Assembly (NCBI GenBank): GCA_002633005.1
Contig: NMRA01000569.1
Location: 62,001-126,000 of the forward strand
Origin: Phoronis australis
Taxonomy: Eukaryota > Animalia > Phoronida
DNA: 64,000 bases
Direction of reading: 5' to 3'
Both the position numbers and the translations under genes were made by a program. The notes beneath the pieces are model-generated. The model had not been told where the DNA came from and made no database searches. It saw only the letters and a program-made list of their open reading frames with translations. Every line of letters begins with the position of its first letter. Position 1 is the stretch's first letter. This document shows, in pieces, positions 13,741 to 28,700 of this stretch.

Positions 13741-14010
13741 ACAACATGTGTATATTACCCACAATTCTAAGTACATCCGTCCTCGAAAAATAAAAGAATT
13801 GTCGTTTCATTTATATCAAAATACAGCTTGACGTTATTCTTTTATCATTATAATGTGTTATATTGGTTCTAATTAAACCTTTGATCATTTTTAAGAAACA
13901 GCATATATTACATTCCATAAAGTGCGATAACCGCTTCTTAACCAATCATGATGAGAAACACATCACGTGGTGCTAATTTGCACGTTGGTCTCGTTGTCGT
14001 TCTTTCACAG
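13740..14010. promoter_or_regulatory. Compact bidirectional promoter (EF-hand gene / hnRNP gene A)
   Basis: Divergent first exons less than 300 bp apart. ATTGG at about 13863, CCAAT at about 13942, E-box CACGTG at about 13964. Confidence 0.55.
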
Positions 14011-14019
14011 CAAATCAAG

Positions 14020-17000
14020 ATGGAGGATTACACAAATGGTGCCGCTGAACAGTATTCCGAAGAACAGCCTGCATATCAAGAACAAACTTATCAACAGCCC
14101 AATGAATCTGGTGACGGTGGGAGGCGATTCGGAAGAGACGATGACGAAAAGTGAGGAGCAAATTCCGCGGAAGATAACTTGCAAAAATGCAAATTTCACA
14201 TTATGCAAAAACAAAATGGCCGACGTCATTGTCAAAACTAAAGATTGTTTTAGGTTAATGTCACATGTTCTATCTGTACATTAATGTCACTGTCGGCTTA
14301 AAATTCTCAAAAGAAGTAAATACAAATACTCTTTCTCGTTCGAATGAAGGGTATGGTATCATAAGGATATTTAGTATTACTGCAATAATAATGATAATGT
14401 ACAAGGTAGCGAATCACTCAACTGGTTCGCGGTAAAAGCAAATGGCATGCAAGCAAATCCAAGCAATCTGCTTTTTAGCGAGGTCCTAACATTACTGAAT
14501 GGGAGGTAGTGCTACTCACGTGTGGTCTTGCAGTTTTTGCAAACGGCAGTTTTCAAAGCATTTTCAAGTGTTCTACTTCACAGTGGTTCAAGGCTTGGAA
14601 TTTTCTGCGGAAACGCGGATTTCCGCTTTTTTCAAATGTTCTGTCCGCGCATTTCATTATATTTCCGCGTAAAAAAAATCGGATTTGATATAAAATTTCC
14701 GCGGCAAATTCCTTTCTTACCGCGGCATTGCAGACGACGTTCACCTCGAAAAGCGGAAGTTGCTCTTTATGTTTGGAGGAACGTAAATTGTCAACATTGC
14801 CGAGGCATCTGGGATAGCGTGGTGGGATTTTCAATGGCGTCTCGTGTGATTGTAAACCACGGTGACAAATACTACGGCTTTGCAGCCAAAAATGTGTGGG
14901 TTGGGAGTGGACAGACGAGCTAAAAGGACGCAGACGCATGCTAGTGATGGTGGTAACGTTTTTTCTTTTTTTTAGTCCTCCCGGTTTTTGTCGGCGTAAG
15001 ATTCGCACCGACCATTTCAAGGCTAGGTAGCGCGCATGTTTTGGGCCGTAAAAGTTTTCGCGTATTTCGTCATTGGTCATTCCAAGCCCTGGTTGTTTCA
15101 AAACTTACCTGGCTCATATAACGTAATTATCCTCAATTCTGTTCACATTTCCTAAATGAGAATAAACAATCTTTGCCAAATTAGTGAAATCTGTCATTAG
15201 AAAGACCACTTGCAACAACACGGTATAAGTGTTGCCAGGTCCCTATTCAATCTTTCATTCAGTCCTTCATATCTACAAAAATGATCTCACATGAATTATA
15301 TATACCTCCATCGATTCATCACTGTCCACTCTTTACTTGGGAGGACAACGTTTTTTATTTTTTTACTATGCCCATGGCCATTTGTCATACATTTTTGAGA
15401 AGCCCTTGGTGTGAGAAATGAAATGGTGCAAAAATTGGGTGAGCGGTTACCGAGAAAATGGCCGTTGAAACGCGACGATTATGCGTAAAATATCTGCCTT
15501 TCTACATAATTTCGTAAAAAATAAAAGAATATACATTTGCTGCTTATATCAAAAGATTCGTCTCATTGAGACGAACATGGTGGTATGCATTATATACAAT
15601 TTGGATCCATTTCTACAGAGATGTTGCTGTTTAAGTGTGTTATTAGCATATGGAACTGGAGCATCAACCCCACTGATGAAAACAATGGATTACGTAGCTT
15701 AAAAGGAAAAGAGCGACGACAACACATCAGCTTAGAAATAAATGCACCTGAGCTAGGAGAAAATTTCACATCATACCACAAGATAACATTGGGGGAGGGG
15801 GGCAAGGGCACCATGTCCCCCCTAAAACTCAGATTTCATTTGGCAGTTCGAGGGTGCAAATATCTTGCAGGTAAAATCCCCCCCCCCTCCTTACTAAAAA
15901 TCCTGGATATGCCCCTGAATGGGCAGCACATCATAGCCTGATAGGGAGCTGGGGGAGGTTAAAGCCCCCCACTTTTTTCAGTGCTGCGCCGTCACCCATG
16001 TACTCTTATATCGTATCATGGCAAAAAACATCAGAAAGTAGACAAAAGACCATTCAAGAAAACAAACCAATCTTAACACGAAGGATTTCATCATTTACGC
16101 AACTAACTCTTTGTAACAACTTTATTTTGAACGTCGAAGTTGCGATGTCATTAGACTTCAACGTAGCCGCTCGTGGCGCTGACATGTGGCGATTTAGGAA
16201 ACTAACGATTGCTGTTTGAAAAGTGCCAATGCACAACAGTTTGAGATAATTTATGAAAATGAAATAATTATCAATTAAAAAAGTGATGAATTCTTCATCT
16301 AAAAATCGAGGGTGGGGCATAAAAACATGAATCTCCCGACCGATCAAAATTAGGCCTTCCGGACGATCGAAAACTCGCCATGTAACTTGGCCTTGACTTC
16401 CAAGAAAAGAAGTTGAGGAGGTGCGTACGCATCTAAACTACATCCTGTCCAAATTTCACGTTTGTAATCGAGAGTATAGGGCTCTTTTGAATAGGAGGAA
16501 CAAGAGGTACTTTTTCGAAAGTTGATCGCATGGCGGAAAATCGTGCGCTAAAAAAGCTTATCAGCAATAATTCGTGACCAAGGGGTTACAAACGTACAAA
16601 TAAAGACCAAGGTAACGATTTATAACTCAAAATTGTCTTATAGTTAACTTTGAAGTCTGAAATGGGGTAATTTACTGATGTGGGTTTTACACGGAGGCAG
16701 ATATGGAGCACCGTGACCTACTTTTTGATTGTTCTACCTATCTTCATTTCTATGGTGATTCAAGCTTTCACTTTCCAAAAATTTGCCCACAAACTTGCTA
16801 TAAGTGACTAGAAATTTCTTGTTTGTGCGCGGCCATTTTTCAATGCATGAGCTGCATCAGTGACATCTAGCGTTGTAAATTACAACTACAGTACCGTACA
16901 AGCCGGAATCTCGTTTTCACACTTAAATTTCGTACGTTTCGTTTATAGGGTACCCTTACTTCTTTGGCCTTTTTCCGGATCCGTCCCAACAACATGAATC

Positions 17001-19701
17001 ACACATTCGTGTTCATCATGCATTCATCTCAACACAATGTGCGTGTACGTATCACTTGTATATGACTTAACAGGCACATATTCGTATTTGTATGGTTCTA
17101 GTTTTTGTATTTCTACGCTAGGTGTCCTTGTCGTCGCATCTGAATTCCAATGGCTTCCGTGAAGAAACGAGATATTTCTGCTCTGTCATATATGCGGTGT
17201 TTAGCGATAAGACATTTGTGTGGAAAATGTTGACATTTCTGTATATACTGCCGAATTCTTTCATTAAAATCACTTTCTGTTTTGGTTTGGAGATGGTACT
17301 GTATTTTGCTTCATTTAGGCCTTGCAACTACCACTGGAATGATTTTAGTTTGCAAAATTTGGGCAAACTTGTGTTCCAAAGGTTAACTATCTTGTCCGGT
17401 TACATGTCTACTTATAGTCAACCGAGAGGTTATGTGTTGCCTAGGCAGGTACCCGTCGACAGTGCACGCCCTCAGCCCCTGAAACGAGGACTTGAGAATT
17501 TTTCGCGACAATTAAATTAAGTCGTGATGAATAGGGTGTTCATTTTCACATTTCCCCCCTTTTGCGATAAAGGATAAAACGCACATTAAAACTGTATGTT
17601 ACTTGACAAGATTTCCAAGTCACGATTGTCTGCCAGGGCCTTGCACGCAAATAGCGAGATCAACCAGAGGCAGAGCGATATGGTTGGGATATTGTAACTG
17701 GATAATCAGGATATCTTGCATCAAAAATAAACATGTTTTTCCACCACGCTGTTGCGACCTGCAGCTCATTATGTTGAGTGCTGCATGCCTGTAACCTGAA
17801 TGTTTGTATTTCAAAATTACTATCCGTCATGTTTGCCCAATAAGCAGATTTTTGCTAATCAATTAACTGGTCAACCTGTAAATAACTGTTTACAGGTGCC
17901 TGGGAGAAAGTAGTTACTCCTTGGAACCCAAGCTTGCCTAAATTTTGCAAATCAACGTGTTTTAGTGTGCTGGCTCTTGCAGTTTTCGCTAACTATGGTT
18001 TTCTAAGGAAGTGAAGCACTAACTCAAGGCAGTGAAGTTGTTCATACTTCTGAAGTATTCACTCCTTTTGTGTTTTATTTCAGAAAATTATTTGTGGGTG
18101 GGCTGTCCGTTAATACAACCGAAGGTGAGTCATTGTTTTAGTATAGAAATGCTTACACAGTGCTTGACAGGTGAAAATGTCCGCACGAAAATAAGTGTGA
18201 CGGCATATTTACACTCGTATTTCCAGATTTAGGCTCGTAAAAAGTGGTGACCAAAAAAATGTTGAACACCTGTACGAGTCATACAATTGAGACCAATGTT
18301 GCTACTCGCATTTTTATTTTTACCAGTGTTCTCCACATCCTGTTTTGATCAGACGCGCTAACTAGTTTGAATTTTGCCATGTCGAGTTCGGTTACCTAAA
18401 GTTAGGTTTGAATTCTACTGCGTCGAGTTTAAATTTAGTTCAAAATTTAGTGAAATCAGCACTCATCAACAAAGCAAAGACGGATTTTTCTCATTAAAAA
18501 TGCCAACTCAAGCAACTTTATCCTGAGTTCACTAGAATGGTCAGCAGTTAACTCTATATAAAATCTCTTTGGGACAAATAACTGATGTTTACCATTGCTA
18601 ACAAAATCTCATGAAAACTTCATGTAGTCAACTAGCAAATTTTAGTGAATAACTATTCTATCTCGTCATTGTGACCCTAAAAGGTTGCATTCAAACATCT
18701 AAAGGAACAGTTTCATTATGGTAGTGCGCTGGTGTGTACACGTGCCTTCTTGTCTCAAACCAGATCTGATGATCTGGCTGATTCTGACATAGCTGTTGCC
18801 TGTTAAAATTTAACTTGTAAAAGCTGTATGGGTGTAATTGTTTTACAGGTGATCTCCGGGCACACTTTTCACAGTTTGGAAAAATTGCGAACTGTATACT
18901 GAAAACAGACAATATTACGGGAAGGTCACGGTGTTTTGGTTTTGTTGTGTATGAAAACAAAGAAGACCTTGAGGAGGTATGTGTTGTGTTATGAATAGGT
19001 AGATGTCAGAATTAATTGTACAACATTGTGTCTCCGTGGAACTTTTAGTTTGTTGTATGTTCAGTTAAATATTCAGTTGAAATGATTTTTCAGCATGCTG
19101 TGTATTTCTTAACATTTTAAAGTAGGCTGATATGCAGAGCTTCAGATCATTGACAACATTACCAATTTAAATTAGAAGCAAATATATCTAAATGAGATTT
19201 TATTTGTCTTCCTTTAAGTGTGCACATGTTTTTGTTTCTTAAGGCATTAAAAATTGAGAAGAAACAACACGTGATAAATGATAAGGAAGTTGATCCAAAG
19301 AGAGCCAATCCTCGAGAGGCGGGAGGAGCTGGAGGAACTGGAGTCAAAAAGATCTTTGTCGGTGGTGTCCCTCATCATGTAGATGAAACGCAGATACGGG
19401 CAGCATTCAGTCAACACGGCAACGTAAGACACCTAGAATTAGTGCTTTTTGATTATTTGATGATGGGAAATGTTGCAAAGTATGTTGCTCGTGAAGTTTC
19501 TCGTAAACGCATAGAAGTCTCTTAATGTGAGCAAGAATTGGTCTTGTTGCACACCATATGCTGGTCACATCACATCACCTTAAGTCAATGGGCCGGTTTC
19601 TAACTGCACTTTCATATAGAGGCCCAATGTTTTTAGTTGAGATTGGACTCGCTGCGGCACTTTGGCTGCTTATTTTTATTAAGTATGTTGCTCTTCCACT
19701 A

Positions 19702-19738
<37 letters not shown>

Positions 19739-22700
19739 CGCACGATACAGGTCGCAATTTTCGTCCGATCATCACCAAATTTACACACAACACGTACTTC
19801 TGGAAGTACTTGAAGCCTATTGTTTTTCGTCAAAATTGGATCCAAGATGGCGGCTGTGGCGGCCCTTTTTTTTCATTTAAAGGTTCAAATGCTTCTGGAG
19901 GCTACATTTTTTTACGTAAAAGGCTAAGAATCGGCGCAGTAAATGGACCGGAAGATTTCTACAATTGTACCGGAAATTATTTACTTCCGGTTAAAGATGG
20001 CGGAAATATTGGTGATCGCGCATGCGCACCTCGATTTTGGCCTAAAAACATTTTCTCCTGTAGAGGGCGCATTATCAGACCAGTTCCTTCGAATGTTTAC
20101 AGGAATTGGTTTCTTCTGACATGCTATTATACAAAGCCAAAAAACCGGAAGTTGCTTTCAAGATGGCGGATCTAGCGCATGTTGACCCATTTTCAGTCGT
20201 GCTGGAGTGCAATTTTAAACGGGAAGAGAAAAAGACGTGATTTTTTGCATGTGGATTCTTTGAAGTATAATCTTTCAAATGGCCTGTAACAATTGTTTTC
20301 TCAGACTAACCGTTTTCGAGTTATTTGACTTTAAATTTCTTTAAAAAAAAACGCAAAATTTCATTTTTTTTCTGAAAATTGACGGAATTAGGCGATAGCA
20401 TCAGTTTAGATAGAATTTTCAACGGGCTTTCAGAAGATGTTTTCCATTTTTCGCTAGGACGTCTACTTCTCGAGTTATTAAAGATTTTCTGATAACGCTG
20501 TTCCTTTGTTGAGCGGCGAGCGCTCTTGCTGCATTGATGTTGGTTTATCTTCTATTGAACTAGACTGTAGCCTATTTCTTATTGATTTATGACATCTAAG
20601 TTCGTCATATGAATGTTGTGATGTTGTTCATCATCGCAACCACCGTCATCATATTCGTCATCATCTTTGTCATCATCTCCGTCGTTGTCTTTTCCGTTAA
20701 TTTCGCCAAGTGTCGCTCAAGACTGTAGCCTTTTTCTTACTGATTTCGGACTTCTACGTTCGTCATGTGTATGTTATTATTACTTCTTTTTTTCATTCTC
20801 GCCACTATCGTCGTCATCTTCGTCATCATCTTTATCGTCATCTTTTTGGTTAATTTCGCCAAGGTTCTCTCCTCTGAGCGCTCTCATTGTAGTGTTGCCA
20901 CCCTAAAGGACCCTTAAAACTGTTCACTTTTGTCCTCATCATATATGTGAAGTGGCTGAACAGATTCATATGAAACTTTCAGATATTATGGTTCATGTTC
21001 CGTTCTCAAAAGTATAGTTACAAATTGTTTTTAAAATGTTCAACTTTTGCATGAGGGGCTTCCAAAAAAATAAGACTGATGTGATTTTGTAAAATAATTA
21101 AAGCTGCATAAATCGACAGAGAAATTTTTATTATACTAAATTTTGTCATGATATTCAAGTGTTGTTTTGCTTTGACGGTTTCTGCTTTTTTGCTACATTT
21201 TACTAAAATAGCATGGTCATGTAAGCTTATTAACTCATTCGACCCTGAGCGCCATATGGTATAAATAGCTTAGTGGCCTGGCTGAGCTGTGGAATGCCTC
21301 CAGACGGCATCAGGCCCTGAGTGAAAACAAACAGTCACCCGGTATGGCTGTATCAGGGACGAATGAGATAAAGCAGATTGGTCTTAAGTAACAAAAAAAA
21401 AATTGTTTTTCCTGTTCAATCCACAGTCATCAGCTGTAAGTTGTGTATTGCGTGCTCATTTTAACCAGCATAGCTGGGAAGTTTTGCATCAGGATTCTGA
21501 GGTGTGTGGTAGTCAACTTGGGCAAAATTACGAGTGGCGGTGCCGAAAAGGAGCGTGATAGGCCACCCAGATTTTTACACGCAGGGGGAAAAAGGCCTTT
21601 GTGCATCGTACGTCCTGGGTGTCCAAATAACGCCCTAGCTTTAATCTAGTTGCCCTGGCAACTGTATCATTTGTATGCCAACTGTCAATCAATTTCTCCA
21701 GTTTGGACGCCCACATTGTACGGGAAATGATATGAATGATTACTAGTCACAGGTCTGATTGGTTGAATGGTGGTAGTTTAAGAGTGAAGACACCGACAGC
21801 GAATTTCATAAAGGTGGTTTAAAGTTAAACCTGGTTTTAAGTGGACTTAGACCAGGTTTAAAGATAATCTGCATTTCATAAAGGTGGTTTAACTTATAGA
21901 CCAGTGGTCTAGTAAAACCTGGTTTAACTCCAGTTTAGACCTGGGCCCGGTCTCCAATCTCCGTACTCAGACTCGAATCATGCTCTAATTCACACTTCAT
22001 ACTCAGCTCGAGTACAGACTCAGCTTTGGTGTATTCAATGTCATACTCGAAAAATCTGTACTCGAAATTTCGAGCATGTACTCGGTTTTCGAGTGTACTC
22101 GAACTGAAGTGTATCTCATCTATATTTCGAATACGATTTTGAGTAAAAATTCGGAGTCTATGCTCAAATTTCAAGTTTGGTATGGCAGTGTGCTTGAAAT
22201 CGTACTCGAAAATAAATACGAGCCAGAAAACAAAATATCGAAAGGGAACCAAGAAACACAGCAAATCTAAAAAAATAAGTCCTCTGACCGTATCTCAGCT
22301 CTTCAATTTCAGTTCAGAGATAATAGTTTTCATCTTAAATCTTCTTATTCTTCACCTTATTAACCCGCCGTATCACTGTATGTTATGGCTGCCATTCTAC
22401 CTCTACAATTCCTGGCAACAGGCGCATTGTAATCCCTTGTCAGTGAGTCATAACAAGCGTCGAAAGCAGTTGTGGGAAAAGTCGTGTGAGAAGTTTGTGC
22501 TGCCCTTATTTCGGTATGCGTGCCTACGTTTTGTAGGGTTTCTAAAAGACTAGGAGGGGAGGGAAGTTAAAAAAAGTTCGCTTCCCTGTCAGGTACATTT
22601 CTCATCATAACTTAGTCATCTATAATTCCTCAATGCCCAAATGGAATTCCAGATTTTGTTTGCCGATTTCTAAGTAGACGTCTCGTCCCGTTCACTGCCA

Positions 22701-25700
22701 CTAGTGAACTCTGAATGCCTGCACAAGTATTGTTTTTAACTCACGTGCCAAATGTCAACTCACTTGATACATCCTGGTAAAATACAAGATACAGTATCAA
22801 AGTTTGACATCAGCGTAGGCCTACACAGCAATGGGTTTTATGTCAAGACTAAATTAGCAACAGAGATGTGATGTGATAAGCTGTTACAAATTTCTCAAGA
22901 CATTTTCGGGACTGGGTGAGGAACTCAAGAAGTAAAGCTTAATAATTGCCAAATGTATCAAAGAAATGGCATAAGAATATTTATTGGAACTAAAAAATGA
23001 ATAACAGTTACTGAACACTCAGAATTCCACGTTATAGACATAATCTTGTAGTTGTAGCGACAGCAGACGATAATGTAGGCCTAGTTCCAGGGGTGGTCTA
23101 TTCCAATAGGGAGCGACGAATCAGCGCGTCTTAGCGTGATTTTGCATTTCACATTATAAAGAGTTCCATAGCAACTCGAGTATTAGTGTCAGATTTGAGT
23201 ACGTTTGGAGTCTACTCGAAATACGACATTAGATACGCTTTTTTGAGTACGACTCCAGTGAGCACGATTTTGAGTATGAAATCTCGAGTATGAATATGAG
23301 TCTGAGTACGGAGATTGGAGACCGGGCCCTGGTCTGAGTCAGTTTTAATTTCACCAACGAGGTCTATATTCCTTAGACCTGTATTAACATTTTAAACCAG
23401 GTTGAACTTTGGACTTGGTCAGACCCAAGTTAATACCCTTAAATATGCCAGACTTGCATGTTACCGGTGAATGTTGCTGCGGTGTGCATTTATGACATAG
23501 TTTTAGAGTGAGAATGGACTATTTTCAAATTCCACTTTTACAGCGACTCAAGATCAAACGTAGCAGGGGCGGATCCAGGATTTTTAAGGGTGGTCGGATC
23601 AAGGATTTTTTAAAAGGGGGGACCAAGTCAACAATTTGAAAATTACAGATTTGATATCACTAAAATCAAGGGAAAAGGGGGTCCGGACTCCCTTGGATCC
23701 ACCTATGCATAGACCAGTGCGTGTTGCAGGGTGTCCTTCGGACTGGTCGAGCAGGGCATCATTGTCGTAAGCGCTACGGGTTTGACTGAAGGTGGCATCA
23801 GATTCTTCTGAGTTCCACCTCCATTGAGTTGTATTGTTTGATGAACTTCATCGGATGCTGTGGACATTTATTGCTTTCCTGTTTTATTTTCTATAGTGCA
23901 GTGCTTGAATGGAACTGATCTGGAGATGTGCCATTGCAGGTAGAGTCAGTTGACCTTCCTACGGACAAAAAGGATGATGGGAGTGAGGTTCGAAAAGGTT
24001 TCATTTTTGTCAGCTTTGACAGCGAAGAGGATGTTGCTGCCCTTGTACAACTTGGTACTGTTGAACTGGGAGGGAAAAGTGTAAGTAATTGTCTCCTGTT
24101 GCTGGTGATGTCAATTGTACTTACATACTGTCCTTGTAATTAGTTTCTCAAAGTTGTCTTTTGTAGGTGAAATTATGTAACAAGTTCCAGTGTCGTCCCT
24201 GTCTTCCATTAAGTGTAAAATCAGCTGACAAAGGTCTAAACTCTATCTCTGTCTCTCCATAAATAAATGGTCTGGTCTGGTTGAGGATAAAGTTGCACTT
24301 GGATGCATTTGACACTTGACAATGACATTTTGCCTTCCACTTACAGTTACACGGGCAACGCTGGCAATGGAACACGCGTATTGAAAGGTGAAACGTATGC
24401 TAGTGTTGAGGTACTCTTGAGCATGAAGTGTAAAGCAAGAGTCTCGTTTGGATAATACAGGGACTATTCCTATTGCTAGTGTAATCTGTGGTTCGTGTAG
24501 GAATACTCCCTTGTCTTGATGTAATGTTCCTTTGTCTAATGCTAATTTTCAGTTCACTTCTCCCATTTAAAGGTTACAGAGATTAATTATAAATGCTTCC
24601 AAGGTAAAGTAGACTTAAATTTTCAGGTGGTTTCTTGTCTGTGTGGTGTGTCTTGCAATATGCAGTGTCTTTTTCAGTGTGATGTAAGAGAGGCAACTCC
24701 GAAACAGCAGCGTCATGATCGTGGTGGATTTGGTGGTCGCGGAGGGCGTGGTGGTGCACGTGGAGGTGGCCGTGGAGGTACTTGTTATGATAAGTCAAAA
24801 TTCAACTATCACTTGTGGGTTTCAGAACTTAGCTGAAATTGGGTCAAAATTGTCGATACTTCACATAACGAATCCAACCTTGTATGTGGAAATCTAGCAT
24901 GAGGTGCTACAAACCAATTTCCTGCTGTGAAGTAATGGCTCAGCACTAGGACTCTTAAGATAACGTAACATTGAAATTTGAACACAGGTTTAATAGACTG
25001 TAACAGTGGTAATGTAGTAAGTAATACAATGATGTTAAGTGTCTAAGTTAATGCCCAGGATGCATGAGTTGGGAGCCTTGAACGTGGGAGAAACGAATCA
25101 GATGATTATGTTAAAGAGTGTTGTACCTGCTCCTGGGACTGTTCCATGTAATGAGCATGTTGGCTATTAGGGTGCAAGTTAACTGGCTTTGAAATTTTGA
25201 TTCCATTTAATGTTTGTTTTTCGTTTTCAGGTTTCGGTGGTTATGGTCCTAACTATAATGAACAGTGGGGTCAGGGTGGTCAGTGGGGAGGCCCTGGTGG
25301 TCAGTATGGTGGTCAAGGTTGCGACTATTCTGCCTATAACGGCAACTATGGCTATGACTATAACAACGGTTATGCAGGATGGGGAGGCTGGGGACCAGGA
25401 GGTTACAGCGATCCTAATTATGGATATGGATACGGAGGTCCGGCTTATGGCTATCCAGGATATGGCTATGGTAAGTACTACAAAACAATTCACTGTAAAT
25501 CCTGTTGTCATGTTCTGAATTTTGTGTGTGCTCTGAGGTTCGTTGAAAAGAATCGTTTTTGTTCATGCTTGGTGAAATAATGAAAAAAGTGTTCACTGCA
25601 ACCATATAATTAAATTATGTTGGTGTAACGTCTTCAAATTTTGCAGTTGCACTAGTACAGTTGAATCTCTTTTATACAATGAACCTTCTTTAGGGTTTGC

Positions 25701-28700
25701 TGGGTTGTAACATTCCATACCGTAAGTCCCATTTTTGTCTAATGCAAGGTACATTTTCTATGCTTCGTTTTTAACAAACACGGATAAAACGTTCACATGT
25801 TTATAAAGTACCAATTTCGATGTCCCAGTAAGGGCTGTTCCAGCAAAATCCGTATGGAAGGGGGGACGGCAATAGAAATAAATATTCATGGGTGGTGGTC
25901 TTCATTGTTGTATGAAGTGAAGCATTAAAACCGGGTGGTATTTTTTGACCTGTCAATGTTGACAGGTTGGTATTTTCAGCCAAACACATCTCAAATGAAA
26001 TCAAAACTCCTCACAGATTCTCTTGACAAATACCCTAACATATCCCAAAACAACAAACAAGCCCATGTTGCTAGTGTATAGAGTGCAATATGTACACTAA
26101 GCCATTAATCAAGTCATGGGCAACTTGATTACAAGCACATGTGCAACCGCAGTCATATTAGAATGAAAATGTCTGCAACACTAAACTGGTGTTAACACAG
26201 ATAAGAAAATTGATGATTATTATATAAAAAGTATGACAGATTTTGCTGGAACATCCCTGAGTAACTTCAGCAACTTTACAGCAAATTAACATGTCAAAAA
26301 ACGCGGAAACTTTTACGGCCCAAATCATGCGCGCTACCCAGCCTTGAAATGGTCGATGTGAACCTTTCCCCGACAAAAATCGGGAGAACTAAATAAAAAA
26401 AAACCTTATATGGCCGTTTTTTGTCATTGGTCATTCCAAGCCCTGGTACTAGCACAAATTTGTACTTAAACCTGCCGTGATCCCGACTCCACGGGAACTT
26501 AAAAATCTTAGGGACGCTACGTGGAAAACTCAAGGAGGATTTCAGGTAATTTGCTTGAGTTGAAACTGTATTTTTATTCAAGTCGCCATAACGACGATTG
26601 CGAGGCAGGCAGGCGGCAAATTTTCGACCTGGGATTTAAGCACAATTTTCTGTAAAATGATTGTAATTTAGCAGCAAAGTTTGATAGCAATGCACCACGG
26701 TTTTGTAGAAAGTCTTTTCATAGATTACAGATACGTCAGAGCGTAAATATGAATCTTAGCTTCCGATTTCACCCGTTTCGGAGACCGGGGATTCAACGGC
26801 CTTGGGTTATAATAAGCGCCCCCCTGAAACGAACTTTTCTAAGCGCCCTGGGCGGTTATTACGGCGAATACGGTAATGAAGGATTTTCTTCTGAGCATTT
26901 GATGGGCCTGGGGCTGAACCTGCTATAAATATAATGATTTCTTCAATATTGTTTCAGTGCTGGTGTTGCCGTGGTCACTTAATTTTGTTGTTGCCTACAC
27001 CATTTTATGTTTTTTTTCCAGGTGATTACAGTCAGAGTGGCTGGGGTGGTTATGGAGGTTACTATGGAAGTGAGGGAGGTTAGTAAGAGCTTGCCAACGA
27101 TTACGCAAAAGATCAATCTTGCATCTTTTCAAAAATAGTTAACAATACTCATCATGTTATCAACTAATTTAAAAGAATAATTCAAATATGACCACTTGCC
27201 AAGAGCTGAGAGACTTGAGTGTCATTCATGCGCAGACTTATCCCTAGAGCAAGGTACTCCTGGAATGAGTTATCACTAGGTTTGGCAGCAGTCTGGACGC
27301 TACTTAGAGTAGTGAAACTTGCCCCACTTGTGATAACTTTCTCCACATTATCGAGGTGGGGTAACTTAGGGCTGTTCCAGCAAAATCTGTATGGGAGGGG
27401 GGAAGGCACTTTTATTTCGTACCCACCGCCCATATTTTTCATTTATTCCTCCAACCCATGACCCATAATTTTTTAATTATTTTTAATAGGTTAAAATAAA
27501 AAATCCAACACTTGCAAACAAATTGCCTCCAGGAGTACCTGTTAAGAACTTAGATGATTGAACGACAAGAACTAGTTGTCTTGTCCAATATTGTCAAAAA
27601 CTAAAGTAGCCTGTGAGCAATACTTTTGGCAGCCACCAGGTGTCTCTGTTCACCATGTGTCTATAATTTCAATGAACATTTTTTCAATTATAAGGATCTA
27701 TGAATCTCAAACTGTCTCCACGAACTCTTTTATACTTCTATGTCAAGTGAATATTGGAACTTGTTTATCTTACTCCTCATACTTTTTATTTAAAAATCAT
27801 CAATTTTCTTATATGTGTTAACACCAGTTTAGTGTTGCATAACTTTTCAATTCAATAGGACTGCAGACAAACAGTTGGCTCAAATCGAGTTGCCCATGAC
27901 TTGATTAATGGCTTAGTGAACATATTGCACTCTGTTCACTGGCAATATGGGCTTTTTTGTATTTGGATAAGTTAGGACAATTGCATTTATTTTTGAGTTT
28001 TTACGGCTGAAGTAACCAACCTATGGACATTAACAGGTCAAAAAATACCACCCATTTTTAATGCATCATTTCTTACAGGAACGACCGCCCATAATTTGAG
28101 TTTTTTTCTGAAGACCACCACCCATGAATTTTTATTTCTACTGCCGTCCCCCCCTCCCACACGGATTTTACTGGAACAGCCCTTACAGGAACGACCACCC
28201 ATAATTTGAGTTTTTTTCTGAAGACCACCACCCATGAATTTTTATTTCTACTGCCGTCCCCCCCTCCCACACGGATTTTACTGGAACAGCCCTTACTCTG
28301 CCCAATTGGCATGAGCTGTTCATTGTGCACTAAGCGACAACTTTTGTCTTACCTGAATATGTGTAGACACTCCATTGTAAGTGGACCAAGTTCCACTAGT
28401 GCAAGTTGTTTTAGGGCTGTTCCAGTAAAATCCGTGTGGGAGGGGGGGGGACGGCAGTAGAAATAAAAATTCATGGGTGGTGATCTTCAGAAAAAAAACT
28501 CAAATTACGGGTGGTCGTTCCTGTAAGAATTGATGAATTAAAAATGGGTGGTATTTTTTGACCTGTTAATGTTGGCAGTCTTGGTTACTTCTGCCTTCAA
28601 ATCTCAGAAAAATGCAATGGGCATATATCCTAACTTATCCCAATACAAAACAGCCCATATTGCCAGAGAACAGAATGCAATATGTTCACTAAGCCATTAA

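Noticed and set aside
13948-14019. Upstream in-frame ATGs extending hnRNP A by 24 aa
   Set aside because: They overlap the CCAAT/E-box promoter region and are probably upstream of the transcription start. ATG 14020 has the better context (CAAGATGG), shared with paralogue B.
14522-15101. 133-aa and 182-aa ORFs
   Set aside because: They lie within a MITE whose second copy (52387-52877) does not preserve the frames, and show no transposase motifs.
19558-20175. 205-aa ORF with a poly-Phe run
   Set aside because: It is produced by a poly-T tract and repeat sequence in intron 4 and has no domain signal.
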